From IMG/VR virus record IMGVR_UViG_3300035703_002708: a stretch of 64,000 bases of DNA. The stretch is one strand, 5' to 3'. Positions 18,935 through 28,329 of this stretch are shown one piece after another. Position 1 is the stretch's first letter. Each line of letters starts with the position of its first letter. Source of the DNA: a virus. Lineage: Duplodnaviria > Caudoviricetes. Made by a program: the position numbers and the translations under genes. The notes below the pieces were generated by a model. That model was not told the DNA's origin, made no database searches, and worked only from the letters and a program-made list of their open reading frames with translations.

Positions 18935-19531
18935 TTAATTTCTATAAAAAACAACATCATAATTCTCGAAAGAGTGTAAATTTTTTGAGGTACATTCGAA
19001 TCCTAATTTTTTCATCCTTTCTTTAATCAAATTGGTTTCTCTTTTCAATGATGAATCTAAAAATTCATGAAACTCGACGGTAATTTGCCCAATTTTATCA
19101 AAAACAAAATCTGGTGTGTTACTTAACAAATCATATTCTGCCCCTTCAATATCTATTTTGATTATATCCACAAAATCCAAATTATTTTCATAAAAAATTT
19201 CCTCTAATGTTATTGACTTGATTACGTGAGTCACATGTGTGAATTTATTAAACATCACAGAACCATTGTATGGTGAATTGGGGTCTTCATAGAAGTTATA
19301 ATCCATATTTGGTTTACTGGATATTACTCTGTTATAGATTTTGAGTTTGTCTGAATGGGGTAAAGATTTGAAATTTTCGGGACCGGCTTCAACCATAATA
19401 ATTTTATCCACATTATACATTTCATTTAAGTTTAACGAAAACTCACCTTTACAAGCTCCTAAATCAATAATATTTATTTTTTTTCTGAATAAATCATCAA
19501 AAAAAGTGTGTTCCATTATTCTTCTTTCCAT
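18935..19531 (-). CDS. FkbM-family methyltransferase
   Basis: IIDLGACKG, MVEAG, IIKIDIEGAEY, QITVEFH. Confidence 0.85.
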   Translation of the reverse strand: MERRIMEHTFFDDLFRKKINIIDLGACKGEFSLNLNEMYNVDKIIMVEAGPENFKSLPHSDKLKIYNRVISSKPNMDYNFYEDPNSPYNGSVMFNKFTHVTHVIKSITLEEIFYENNLDFVDIIKIDIEGAEYDLLSNTPDFVFDKIGQITVEFHEFLDSSLKRETNLIKERMKKLGFECTSKNLHSFENYDVVFYRN

Positions 19532-20151
19532 CAGTATAAATTTTTTGGATTATTTGTTTTATGAATATCACTCATTTGTGTACTGAAATCAGTTTTCATA
19601 AATTGATAAAATTCTTCATATGTCATAAATTCTTTATCCTCAGTTTTTTTAAGGACACACCAATTTAAGTTACCGTTACTATCAACGTGTTGGTCAAATT
19701 CCAAAATTTGATATCCATAATCCTCCATTTTTTTAAAAAAATCATAATCAGTATAATACCTACAATGATTCTTCCAACTTCCGTACTCAGGTATTTCATG
19801 AATCATAATACCATCCACCATTAACCAGTTGTGTATGTTATTCCAACAATTGTACTGCCCTTCTTCATACTCTACATGTTCTGAAGTTCCGAAATTAGTT
19901 ATGATATCCGCATAGAATTTTTTCGGTTGATAGATTGATAAATCACATAATGTGACCTCTGGATGATTGTGTAAGTCGATACTTAAATATTGTTTGAATC
20001 TATTTTTAAAGAAATTTCTTACGAGTTGTTGGTTATATTCCCCGCCAGAAAAGTTTTGTATCCCTAATTCGAGCAGTGTTTTATTATTTAAATTTTCTAA
20101 TCCTGAAAAAATTTTGTTCAATGAATCTAGTGCTATCGTTGTTACTCCCAT
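19531..20151 (-). CDS. SAM-dependent methyltransferase-like protein
   Basis: LLELGIQN, SIDL and DIITNFGTSEHVE class I MTase pattern. Confidence 0.65.
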   Translation of the reverse strand: MGVTTIALDSLNKIFSGLENLNNKTLLELGIQNFSGGEYNQQLVRNFFKNRFKQYLSIDLHNHPEVTLCDLSIYQPKKFYADIITNFGTSEHVEYEEGQYNCWNNIHNWLMVDGIMIHEIPEYGSWKNHCRYYTDYDFFKKMEDYGYQILEFDQHVDSNGNLNWCVLKKTEDKEFMTYEEFYQFMKTDFSTQMSDIHKTNNPKNLY

Positions 20152-20161
20152 TTTTAAAATT

Positions 20162-20938
20162 TTAAATTAACCACCCACCAATTGATTTAAGTGAGTTTAT
20201 TTTAGTTTCTTTTCCCACCATATAATTTGCGTGAACCACCATTTTGTTTTCTTTTAGATTCCACCCGGCAAAAAAAGTATCGTATCCATTTTGGAATTCT
20301 TCAGGGTCATAAACCTCTAAATTAGCGTGAGGGTATTCTTTTATGTTATTACAAACAGAGTTAAGATAATGAAAAAGTACCTCTTGGTCGTTTTGTCGGT
20401 CATTAAGTCTGCTTTTAACTTCATTCAATAAGTAAAAAGACTTATCGTTCTTTTTAACCGAAAAATTACCAGCACATACGTAATTACTGTGTATTGGAAA
20501 GTCCCAACCATTGTTTCTTCTTGTTCTCGGTGAGTCTTGTTGAAAGACAAAATCAAAGTCTTTTAATTTTTCTTTCATAATTGTGCTTGGGTCTTTAAAG
20601 AAAAAAACATCTCCGTCAAAGTAATGCACAATATCATACACCTCTAGATTTTTAATAATTACTTCTATTTTTTTATTCATTATTTTTATAAAACCTGGAG
20701 TGTTAAACGTCTCATAATTAGATACGTCAATATAATCTCTGTATAAAAAAACCCTCTCAACGTTAAAGTTATTTTTGTTCTCCAATAAAAAAGTTTCAAG
20801 ATTGGAAAATGCTTGGCTGTCAAGAGCGGTAACTCTTAAAATATTATTACCGTCATCCAAAACTTTTAAGAAGTTGATAATATTATTTTTAGTTAAATCT
20901 GTGTACCCATTATTACATATTGTTAAATAACAAATCAT
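20162..20938 (-). CDS. nucleotide-diphospho-sugar transferase (GT77-like)
   Basis: HYFDGDVFF (DxD), CAGNF, NDQEVL, HANYMVG..KI. Confidence 0.75.
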   Translation of the reverse strand: MICYLTICNNGYTDLTKNNIINFLKVLDDGNNILRVTALDSQAFSNLETFLLENKNNFNVERVFLYRDYIDVSNYETFNTPGFIKIMNKKIEVIIKNLEVYDIVHYFDGDVFFFKDPSTIMKEKLKDFDFVFQQDSPRTRRNNGWDFPIHSNYVCAGNFSVKKNDKSFYLLNEVKSRLNDRQNDQEVLFHYLNSVCNNIKEYPHANLEVYDPEEFQNGYDTFFAGWNLKENKMVVHANYMVGKETKINSLKSIGGWLI

Positions 20939-20942
20939 TTTT

Positions 20943-21716
20943 TTAATTTAAGTTTCTATTTTCGTTTATTATTGTTCCGTTTAAAATGTGACCCCACCTT
21001 TCTGCGATTATTTTTTCATTTTTTTTGTCCGCTTCTCTTATTAAGTTGTAACTTTTAGTTCTGGTGGTTCCCCATTCTGGTTTAGAATACCAATCTATCC
21101 AATATAACCCACTTACTTTACCAAGTTTTTCCCATGCTCTAAATGAAATATCATGGTCGTCATATGTTTGAGGTGAAAATATTTCATCATAAAAATCTAA
21201 TTTGACAACATCAGAGTAATTATACATAAGTGGTCCTCGATTAGCTATTTCTCTAACACCAAATTTATCTCTAGGGTAACCTAATTTGCCATCTATAATA
21301 TCGACATGGTCTATTTTGTTTTGGGAATAAACCCTATCATTATGTGCCCTAAAAGATGTTACCGCAAATACATCATCAAAAGTTATAAAAGGCTTCAACA
21401 TCCTCTTATCAAAATCAATTTCATTAATTATCATGTCGTCTTGAATTATTATTACATAATCCGATTCGACATGTTTAAGTCCAAAATTATTGGCTTTTGT
21501 TTCAAATACATCGTCAGTATATAGGTATGTTAGTTTTTTTTGAAATTTTTTCAAAATGTTTTGTGAGATATTTTCACTGTTGTCGGTGCATCCATCATAA
21601 ACAACAATTATTTCTTCTACATTGTTAGAAATGTTTTTCACAATAGATTCACAAACTCGTTCAATTAAGAACTCTTTGTTGTGAATAGTCAACAATATTG
21701 AAACATTTTTTTTCAT
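20943..21716 (-). CDS. GT2 glycosyltransferase
   Basis: SILLTIHN, VVYDGCTD, IIIQDDM, YDDHDISFRA. Confidence 0.85.
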   Translation of the reverse strand: MKKNVSILLTIHNKEFLIERVCESIVKNISNNVEEIIVVYDGCTDNSENISQNILKKFQKKLTYLYTDDVFETKANNFGLKHVESDYVIIIQDDMIINEIDFDKRMLKPFITFDDVFAVTSFRAHNDRVYSQNKIDHVDIIDGKLGYPRDKFGVREIANRGPLMYNYSDVVKLDFYDEIFSPQTYDDHDISFRAWEKLGKVSGLYWIDWYSKPEWGTTRTKSYNLIREADKKNEKIIAERWGHILNGTIINENRNLN

Positions 21717-22546
21717 ATGTTGATATTAGAAAATTTATTTGCAAAAAATAAAAAGGAACTTTTAGAGTTTTGTAATATGTTTGTTTTAGAAAGAATCAAC
21801 ATATCTTCGAAGGCTTCTATTACTGATTGTTTTGACCTTTTCACGTTAAAGTTGAATACTCTACCTTCATTGTCCATAGTTAAATCATTCCACCCACCGT
21901 CTTTGAATTTCTCAACGTAGGATGTTTTATCATTAACTATGGTATTTGGAAGAATTTTGAACAGACTTTCAGTTTGTTGGTCGTCGGAACACACGAAATA
22001 TTTTTGTTGTAAATTATTTTTTACATAATTAATGACAGAATTATCATCTATTCTATACATAGAATCAGTTTTTCTAAGGTGAATTCCGATGGTACTTTTA
22101 TTTATTTCATTTTTTAATACGAATGAATTTACTTTATTAATGATTGACTTTTTTATTTTTAAAAAAGAAAGTTTGGACATTGACTCACTCTCAGAGAAGA
22201 CCTCTGAAATTTTATTATGATAATAAACAATAGTTTTTCCGAATGATGCTGCCTCAGTGTAGGTTTCAGACGAATGTTTGAGTTTGATTTTTGGATTAAA
22301 ATTAGTCTGATTTTCGTGAATCAAAAAAACATCATCGATGTGTTTACTGAAAATTTCGTTTATGTTGTTCCTTATGACTGGTAAATTTACCTCAAATAAA
22401 TCATCAAAACTACAACCACACCAAGAGTTCTCCGGCCAACATACAATTGGTGAATAATTTATTAAGTCCGAAACAAGCAAACCACCGATTAATGTCCCTA
22501 AACGATTACCCAACCCCCCATCACAAAAAATTATAATATTATTCAT
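21713..22546 (-). CDS. fucosyltransferase-like GT-B protein (O-FucT/NodZ/GT11-like)
   Basis: GGLGNRL, IGIHLRKTD, FVCSDD, EDMLILSK...SSF. Confidence 0.7.
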   Translation of the reverse strand: MNNIIIFCDGGLGNRLGTLIGGLLVSDLINYSPIVCWPENSWCGCSFDDLFEVNLPVIRNNINEIFSKHIDDVFLIHENQTNFNPKIKLKHSSETYTEAASFGKTIVYYHNKISEVFSESESMSKLSFLKIKKSIINKVNSFVLKNEINKSTIGIHLRKTDSMYRIDDNSVINYVKNNLQQKYFVCSDDQQTESLFKILPNTIVNDKTSYVEKFKDGGWNDLTMDNEGRVFNFNVKRSKQSVIEAFEDMLILSKTNILQNSKSSFLFFANKFSNINI

Positions 22547-22547
22547 T

Positions 22548-23120
22548 TTAGTACCAAAGTTCGTAACTAATTTTATTTTTTTCTAAATAATTTAGGATAT
22601 TTTGTTTTCTAAAATTTAGATTATGTTTTTCTATCATTGAATCAGAAATATACTGATTGTGAAATTCCACAAAGATTTTTGTAAATCTTGTCAGGATATT
22701 TTTTTCGATAAGTTTTTCAAGAATTTCGTACTCAGAACCCTCAATATCCATTTTTAAGAAAACTTCATCATTTTCACTGAACGAATTAATTAAGTCAATT
22801 AAGTCAGTCGATGTAACATTTATAAAGTTGTCCCATACCTGATTATACTTGGAGTTATGAAATTCATTATAAATCGTCGAACTAACCGAGAACTCGTCGT
22901 TTTTAGGTATGAACAGTTTTACTTCCTCATTCGAAGCGTGGACTGCTTTATTCTGAATTGTTACGTTAGTATTTAAATTGTATTTTTCAACTAGGTGATT
23001 ATAACAATTTGGGTTTGGCTCAAACATAAAAATTCTCCAAGTATCATCTATATTCAATATACTCTTCAGATGTTCGAATCCTTGTCCTAAGTTCGAACCA
23101 CAATCTATTAAATTTTTCAT
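22548..23120 (-). CDS. FkbM-family methyltransferase
   Basis: IDCGSNLG, FEPNP, LKMDIEGSEY, IFVEFH. Confidence 0.85.
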   Translation of the reverse strand: MKNLIDCGSNLGQGFEHLKSILNIDDTWRIFMFEPNPNCYNHLVEKYNLNTNVTIQNKAVHASNEEVKLFIPKNDEFSVSSTIYNEFHNSKYNQVWDNFINVTSTDLIDLINSFSENDEVFLKMDIEGSEYEILEKLIEKNILTRFTKIFVEFHNQYISDSMIEKHNLNFRKQNILNYLEKNKISYELWY

Positions 23121-23124
23121 AATT

Positions 23125-24459
23125 TTAGAAACCCAACTTTTGTCCTTTTGAGTAAGGAAATTTATTGGTTGAAAGATAATAATCCAATGGTGACTTGTAA
23201 ATACGATTTTTTAGAGTAACGTCTAACCAAAGGAATTCCTGAACGACTTGTTTATCCAAAAAAGGGTATCTTACTTCGATTCCATAAGACCCACCAACAT
23301 ACTCTTCTTTCGCAATGTACGATTCCATACTACTTCCAAAAAAACTATTCCAAGGAAATATTTTAGATAAGTCATCAGGGAACAAACCTCCGAAATTTGA
23401 ATGATTATAATATTTCACTCCATTGAACCCGTAATCTGAAAATACTTCGTCCGGTCCACAACCACTTATTAATATTTTATAACCTTCATTACTAGCGGTG
23501 TCACAAATATAACTGAGATGTCTTGAACCACCGTCATCAGTTAAGGATAAATGAAACTCATTATAGTTAGATGATGATGATGATATTGTATATTTAAATT
23601 CTTCAGTGTTTTTTTTAATGTATTGAATCGTTTCACTAAGTTTGGAATCGGTTTTGTCGAGAATCTTATATTTTTTGTCTAAAGATTTCAAAATCGATAT
23701 TCTTTCGGTTAGAATTTCTTCATTTTCTGTACCTCTCAAAATATAACTTTTGAAATCAACATTTTGTTTAATCATCTCGTTACAAATCGCTCCTGAGTCA
23801 TAACCTGAAGAAAGACCAATAAAAACTTTTTCTCTCAAACCCTTAGTCCTTTTTTCAATTGATTTTTCGAAAGATTTTACGAAATCATCAAAATTTTTTT
23901 TGTTTTGATTTTCAATGTCAAAATCGAACACGGTAAATTCATCTAGTATCGAATTTGATTCTAAATCGATAATTAATGTTTTATTTGCACTTATTTTTTT
24001 TATCTCATTAAAACCTATTTTCCTCAATGGGTCAGAATATGTTGAGACACCTAAATGACCATTTTCCATTGAGAAAAATATTGGTTTAGTTTTGAAAACA
24101 TCGGATGAAATAATGCATTTATTTTTGTTGTAATCTATGAGAACGATTGCAAATTCACCGTCTAAAGTTTTAGGAAAGTGGTAATCATGTTTTAAATAAC
24201 TTTCTATAATACACTCACCATCACTTTTGAAATCCCCAAAATCATTAGAGTTATATATTTCACCATTATAGATGGATAATATACCTTCTTTTTCGAAAGG
24301 TTGTGGTCTGAACTCTCCAGTTATAGATAATAGATTATGAACAAACGTGTGTCCATTTATTATTTTGACCGAAGTAAAATCAGGACCCCTGAATTTATTA
24401 AAGTGATTGACGTAATCTATGTTGTCAATTGTTTTAGTTGAAAAAATGAAGCTACACAT
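23125..24459 (-). CDS. asparagine synthetase-like (AsnB-type) glutamine amidotransferase
   Basis: N-terminal MC, RGPD, YNGEIYN, LDGEFA, LSSGYDSG, GCGPDEVF, IEVRYPFLD. Confidence 0.88.
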   Translation of the reverse strand: MCSFIFSTKTIDNIDYVNHFNKFRGPDFTSVKIINGHTFVHNLLSITGEFRPQPFEKEGILSIYNGEIYNSNDFGDFKSDGECIIESYLKHDYHFPKTLDGEFAIVLIDYNKNKCIISSDVFKTKPIFFSMENGHLGVSTYSDPLRKIGFNEIKKISANKTLIIDLESNSILDEFTVFDFDIENQNKKNFDDFVKSFEKSIEKRTKGLREKVFIGLSSGYDSGAICNEMIKQNVDFKSYILRGTENEEILTERISILKSLDKKYKILDKTDSKLSETIQYIKKNTEEFKYTISSSSSNYNEFHLSLTDDGGSRHLSYICDTASNEGYKILISGCGPDEVFSDYGFNGVKYYNHSNFGGLFPDDLSKIFPWNSFFGSSMESYIAKEEYVGGSYGIEVRYPFLDKQVVQEFLWLDVTLKNRIYKSPLDYYLSTNKFPYSKGQKLGF

Positions 24460-24462
24460 ATC

Positions 24463-25140
24463 TTAAACTCTAGTACTTAAACTTGTTGGTAATGTTTTTT
24501 GAAAAAAATCGTTTTTAGCTTGCGCAATTCCTGGTAAAATTTGTGGTTCATATTTTTTTAACCATAAAACATAAGGGAAACTCAATTGGTCTCTTGAGGT
24601 GTATTTACATATATGTTCCCACCAACATAACATAATTTCTCTAACCTTTTCAGTATTTTTTACAACAAATGTTGGTAATTCAAATAAACCATTGTTCTCT
24701 GGAAAACCATTCATCGAGTAATCAAACATTTGTTTATCCACCAATTCTTGATAATCATACCTGAGGTATTTTATTGCTTGGGCTTCTTGGTAAATACAGT
24801 TTCTCTCCCCATGTTTGAATACCATAATATCTTTATTCATTTTGTTTACTATTTCATGTGGGTCCATCAGAATATCGTGAGTTGAATCAATCCATATATA
24901 GTAGTCGTAGTTTGGTAAAAATAAAAACGGAAGGACTTTATATATTTTAGCATTACGCCTATCCTGAAACACAGAATCTGATGAAAAATTTAATGGTCTA
25001 TGTATCTGCCATGTATTTGATGAAATATTAGTGTCTACAAATGCATGATAATCTACATTATCATATTTGTTGATTTGTTCTTTTAAAGGACTAGACTCTC
25101 TCTTTCCTATTTTTGATGTAACTATCGCAATTTTATTCAT
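24463..25140 (-). CDS. DUF616-like putative glycosyltransferase
   Basis: RRNAKIYKVLP, YIWID, KHGERNCIYQE, RDQLSFPY. Confidence 0.8.
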   Translation of the reverse strand: MNKIAIVTSKIGKRESSPLKEQINKYDNVDYHAFVDTNISSNTWQIHRPLNFSSDSVFQDRRNAKIYKVLPFLFLPNYDYYIWIDSTHDILMDPHEIVNKMNKDIMVFKHGERNCIYQEAQAIKYLRYDYQELVDKQMFDYSMNGFPENNGLFELPTFVVKNTEKVREIMLCWWEHICKYTSRDQLSFPYVLWLKKYEPQILPGIAQAKNDFFQKTLPTSLSTRV

Positions 25141-26629
25141 ATAAGATATCTTTTTTCAATTTATCTATGTTGTCTCTAACGAAATCTTGTATTTTAGAAT
25201 AATCGAAATGCATCTTCAAATTCTTTGTTTCGTCTTCATTTCTGGTCATACTTTCCAAATGATAAGATACAAGGGACCCATCGTAATAGTTTTTTAAACC
25301 CTTCAATAACATTCTGAGATTGAGTTCTACGTCTTCAAAACATGATTCATACTCCTCATTGAACATACCGCAGTCTATGAATCTTTTTTTATAGACCATC
25401 ATTAATGCGGCTGTAGAACCAACTATTTCTTTTCTAGTGGTATTATAATTGAAATAGCTTTTGAAATTATTGTGTGTCAGTAATAAATTTTTGGTTTTGT
25501 TTAGACCAACGAATATACCATCATGTTGTACTGTATTGTCTCCAAAATGTAATCTAGCACCGACAGTTCCGACCTTTGCATTATCTTTGAATATTTTCAA
25601 CATACCATAAATTACATTGTTCATTATTTTGATATCGTTGTTACTGAACAATAAAAATTCATATGAGTCATCAATGTGGTTTTTAACGACATCATTGTTA
25701 ATTTTGGCAAAATTATAATAATCGTATTCTATCAGATTGATATCACCCAAAGGTAGTATTTTTTTTCGAATCAAATCTTTCTCTTCTTCAGTAGAACCTG
25801 TGTCGGCAATAAAAATTGAAAATAAATTTTCATTACAGTGGTCAAAGAAAGATTTTACACATTCATACAACATGTTGATTTTACCCTTGGTAGGAATTAT
25901 AACAGCAACCTTTCCGACATTTTTGATTGGTTTTTCGATTATTTCCGGTACAAAAATATCTTTTGGTTTTAAATCTAAAGGTAACTTGCTACCCCACTTT
26001 TGTAAAAACTGATTTTTACTAACCCAAAATTCTTCGTTTGGTTTACCAACAGATTTATGTGTTATTTCGAAAGAGGATGTTACACCAATTTTGACTCCGT
26101 CCAAATAATTTGGTACGCAAAAACCGTGGTCATAAAAATGAAATTTACCTATAGTTTCATCAAACTTATGTTTGATTTTAGTTTTATCAAAACTTAAAAA
26201 TAAACCATCTAAAGTTACAACAGGAACTAAAAATGGTAATTTTGGAGAATACTTACTTAACCATTTTTTTTGACCGTCAGGGTGGTGGTAAACCTGACCT
26301 ACCATAGTTTGTTGCATTTTCTCCCAATACACACCAGACTCAGGGAAATAACAAGAACCTGCTTTTCCTATTATTGAGAAATCATGATTATTTTCAAAGT
26401 CTTGCATTAGTTTCTTAGCCCATCCTGTCTCTAATTTTATATCATCATGACATAAAACTAAAATATTGTTTGATGACTCACCAATTATTTCATTATAAAC
26501 CTGAGCCAATGATTTTTCACCATTATTAATTTTTTCAATTATCTCAATATTTTTTAAACCTGATGACTTCTTGAAATATTCTTGTAGAGAAGGATTTGAA
26601 ACCCTTGTACTATACCCTATTGTTATCAT
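25133..26629 (-). CDS. two-domain glycosyltransferase (GT2-like N-domain plus GT2 C-domain)
   Basis: CHDD..., LDG, FHFYD in the N-half; VIIPT, IADTGS, FSNND, FEDVELNLR in the C-half. Confidence 0.85.
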   Translation of the reverse strand: MITIGYSTRVSNPSLQEYFKKSSGLKNIEIIEKINNGEKSLAQVYNEIIGESSNNILVLCHDDIKLETGWAKKLMQDFENNHDFSIIGKAGSCYFPESGVYWEKMQQTMVGQVYHHPDGQKKWLSKYSPKLPFLVPVVTLDGLFLSFDKTKIKHKFDETIGKFHFYDHGFCVPNYLDGVKIGVTSSFEITHKSVGKPNEEFWVSKNQFLQKWGSKLPLDLKPKDIFVPEIIEKPIKNVGKVAVIIPTKGKINMLYECVKSFFDHCNENLFSIFIADTGSTEEEKDLIRKKILPLGDINLIEYDYYNFAKINNDVVKNHIDDSYEFLLFSNNDIKIMNNVIYGMLKIFKDNAKVGTVGARLHFGDNTVQHDGIFVGLNKTKNLLLTHNNFKSYFNYNTTRKEIVGSTAALMMVYKKRFIDCGMFNEEYESCFEDVELNLRMLLKGLKNYYDGSLVSYHLESMTRNEDETKNLKMHFDYSKIQDFVRDNIDKLKKDILYE

Positions 26630-27036
26630 TCTTCAAATACTTCTATGTTGTGTGTTTTATTAACCAACTTTGACCATTTTCCGTTATATCTTGTTGCTCT
26701 TACAATATGGTTATCAATCCAGTGGTAGTTTCCACCTCTTGGTTTGTTAAAAATGATACTGTGATATTTGAATCCCCATTTTTCTAACCATTGTTTTGTC
26801 ACCAATTCGTGTTCATCGGTTCTTGATGTAAAAAATGTTATAACGTGACCTTCTTCATACCAAGAATTAATCATATCTACTGAACCTTCAAAAGGTTCAA
26901 CTACCGACATTCGTTCAGGTTGTTCGTTTGGTACATCATCAGTAATTGTTCCATCGATGTCAATCAAATAATTTTTTAACCCGAAGGCTAACTCAGGACT
27001 TACGTTAGCGTCCAGTTGAACCAAAACCGTTTGCAT
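26626..27036 (-). CDS. small HAD-family phosphatase of a type common in Bacteroidota
   Basis: YLIDIDGTI, FFTSR, KPRGGNYHWIDN. Start set at ATG 27036; the track start of 27069 lies deeper inside dut. Confidence 0.8.
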   Translation of the reverse strand: MQTVLVQLDANVSPELAFGLKNYLIDIDGTITDDVPNEQPERMSVVEPFEGSVDMINSWYEEGHVITFFTSRTDEHELVTKQWLEKWGFKYHSIIFNKPRGGNYHWIDNHIVRATRYNGKWSKLVNKTHNIEVFEE

Positions 27037-27631
27037 TTCTATCTTTGTCTTTAATTTTATTTGTCTCAAATAATTCTACGACACCACCATTTAATACGTG
27101 AGTCAAAACACCTTGGGCGATTTTCATACCCTTTTTGATGATATATTCTTCTTGGTTTGTGTTGAAGATTATCACTTGGACTTCACCAGTGTAACCATTG
27201 TCGACAGTGCCTGGAGAGTTCAAAACCATCAAACCATCTTTGATTGCCAATCCACTTTTACTTCTTACCTGTAATTCAACATTGGGAGGTAAATCAAACT
27301 TTAATCCTGTTGGAACTAATGCTCTACCTAAAGGACCAATTGTTATCTCCTCGACCGAGTAAAAATCAAAACCAGAATCGGTGGTGTAGTTGTACGAGGG
27401 TAGAACCGCATCTTCATGTATTTTCTGAACATATACCTCTAACGATGCTTTAGGAGTTGCCATAAGATTGTTTTCTAATTCAGTCATATCTAAACCGTAT
27501 TGTTTTTCTAAATATGAAAAATCGAAGTCATCTTCGTTATTTGAATCATCGATTTCATCGATTCCTAAGTTTTTCTGAAGTTGTTCTAACAAATCTTGTA
27601 TTTTTTTTATGTCTTCAGGGTTTGTTATCAT
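27005..27631 (-). CDS. dut: trimeric dUTPase with acidic N-terminal extension
   Basis: DSGFDF, VPTGL, RSKSGLA, PGTVDNGYTGE, KIAQGV, RNANGFGSTG. Confidence 0.95.
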   Translation of the reverse strand: MITNPEDIKKIQDLLEQLQKNLGIDEIDDSNNEDDFDFSYLEKQYGLDMTELENNLMATPKASLEVYVQKIHEDAVLPSYNYTTDSGFDFYSVEEITIGPLGRALVPTGLKFDLPPNVELQVRSKSGLAIKDGLMVLNSPGTVDNGYTGEVQVIIFNTNQEEYIIKKGMKIAQGVLTHVLNGGVVELFETNKIKDKDRNANGFGSTGR

Positions 27632-28329
27632 TTTAGTTCTTTAAATTTTTTTATTACGTCAATTAGTACTTTAACATCTTTTTCACAGTATTCTGCAATT
27701 TGTTTCAATTTACCTTCTTCCCAGTATGCGTTGTGAACTTTTTCACCTGTAATTTCTCCGTCTTTAGAAGTTGGTACATTCATAGACACACACATCAAAT
27801 CAAGTGAACCTATCGATGTATATGAACCAAATTGCCATAGTTCTTTTGTGTCAATCGCTTTAATTTCCCAAGGCTTGGTATCATAACTCGGTAAAATAGA
27901 TGGGGGTAAGATTCCATTAATTACCATTCGTTTTGACAACATAGGAATATCAAAGTTTTTTAGATTGTGTCCACATAGGTAGAATCCTAATTTACCACAT
28001 CTATCAAGTAACTTTTGAGTTTCTTTCAAAACATCATGTTCTTTTTCTGAAGAAAATGTTTGTGCTTTAATTTCTCCTTTGTCAGTAACAAATGAAACAC
28101 TTACACAAACAACTTTTGCAAACTCAGGAACAAGTGCTGTTCTTTTTTGAAAAACATAATCAAAGGACTTTCCATCATCTTCAGGAAACCTTTTTTGGAA
28201 CCAATCAAAGTAGTTAGAAAACTGTTCAGCCAATAAAGGGTAGTTTTCCTTACAACTTTGGTAGTCTTTTGATACTCCTACTGTTTCAATATCAAGAAAC
28301 AAAATTTTCGTTAAGGGTATGTTGAGCAT
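27628..28329 (-). CDS. DnaQ-fold 3'-5' exonuclease (PolB-exo-like, Bacteroidota type)
   Basis: LFLDIETV (ExoI), GHNLKNFDIP (ExoII), YCEKDV (ExoIII). Confidence 0.88.
   Translation of the reverse strand: MLNIPLTKILFLDIETVGVSKDYQSCKENYPLLAEQFSNYFDWFQKRFPEDDGKSFDYVFQKRTALVPEFAKVVCVSVSFVTDKGEIKAQTFSSEKEHDVLKETQKLLDRCGKLGFYLCGHNLKNFDIPMLSKRMVINGILPPSILPSYDTKPWEIKAIDTKELWQFGSYTSIGSLDLMCVSMNVPTSKDGEITGEKVHNAYWEEGKLKQIAEYCEKDVKVLIDVIKKFKELK

Noticed and set aside
27037-27069. Longer start (MRQIKLK...) for the HAD phosphatase
   Set aside because: It extends the overlap with dut to 65 nt; ATG 27036 is more plausible.
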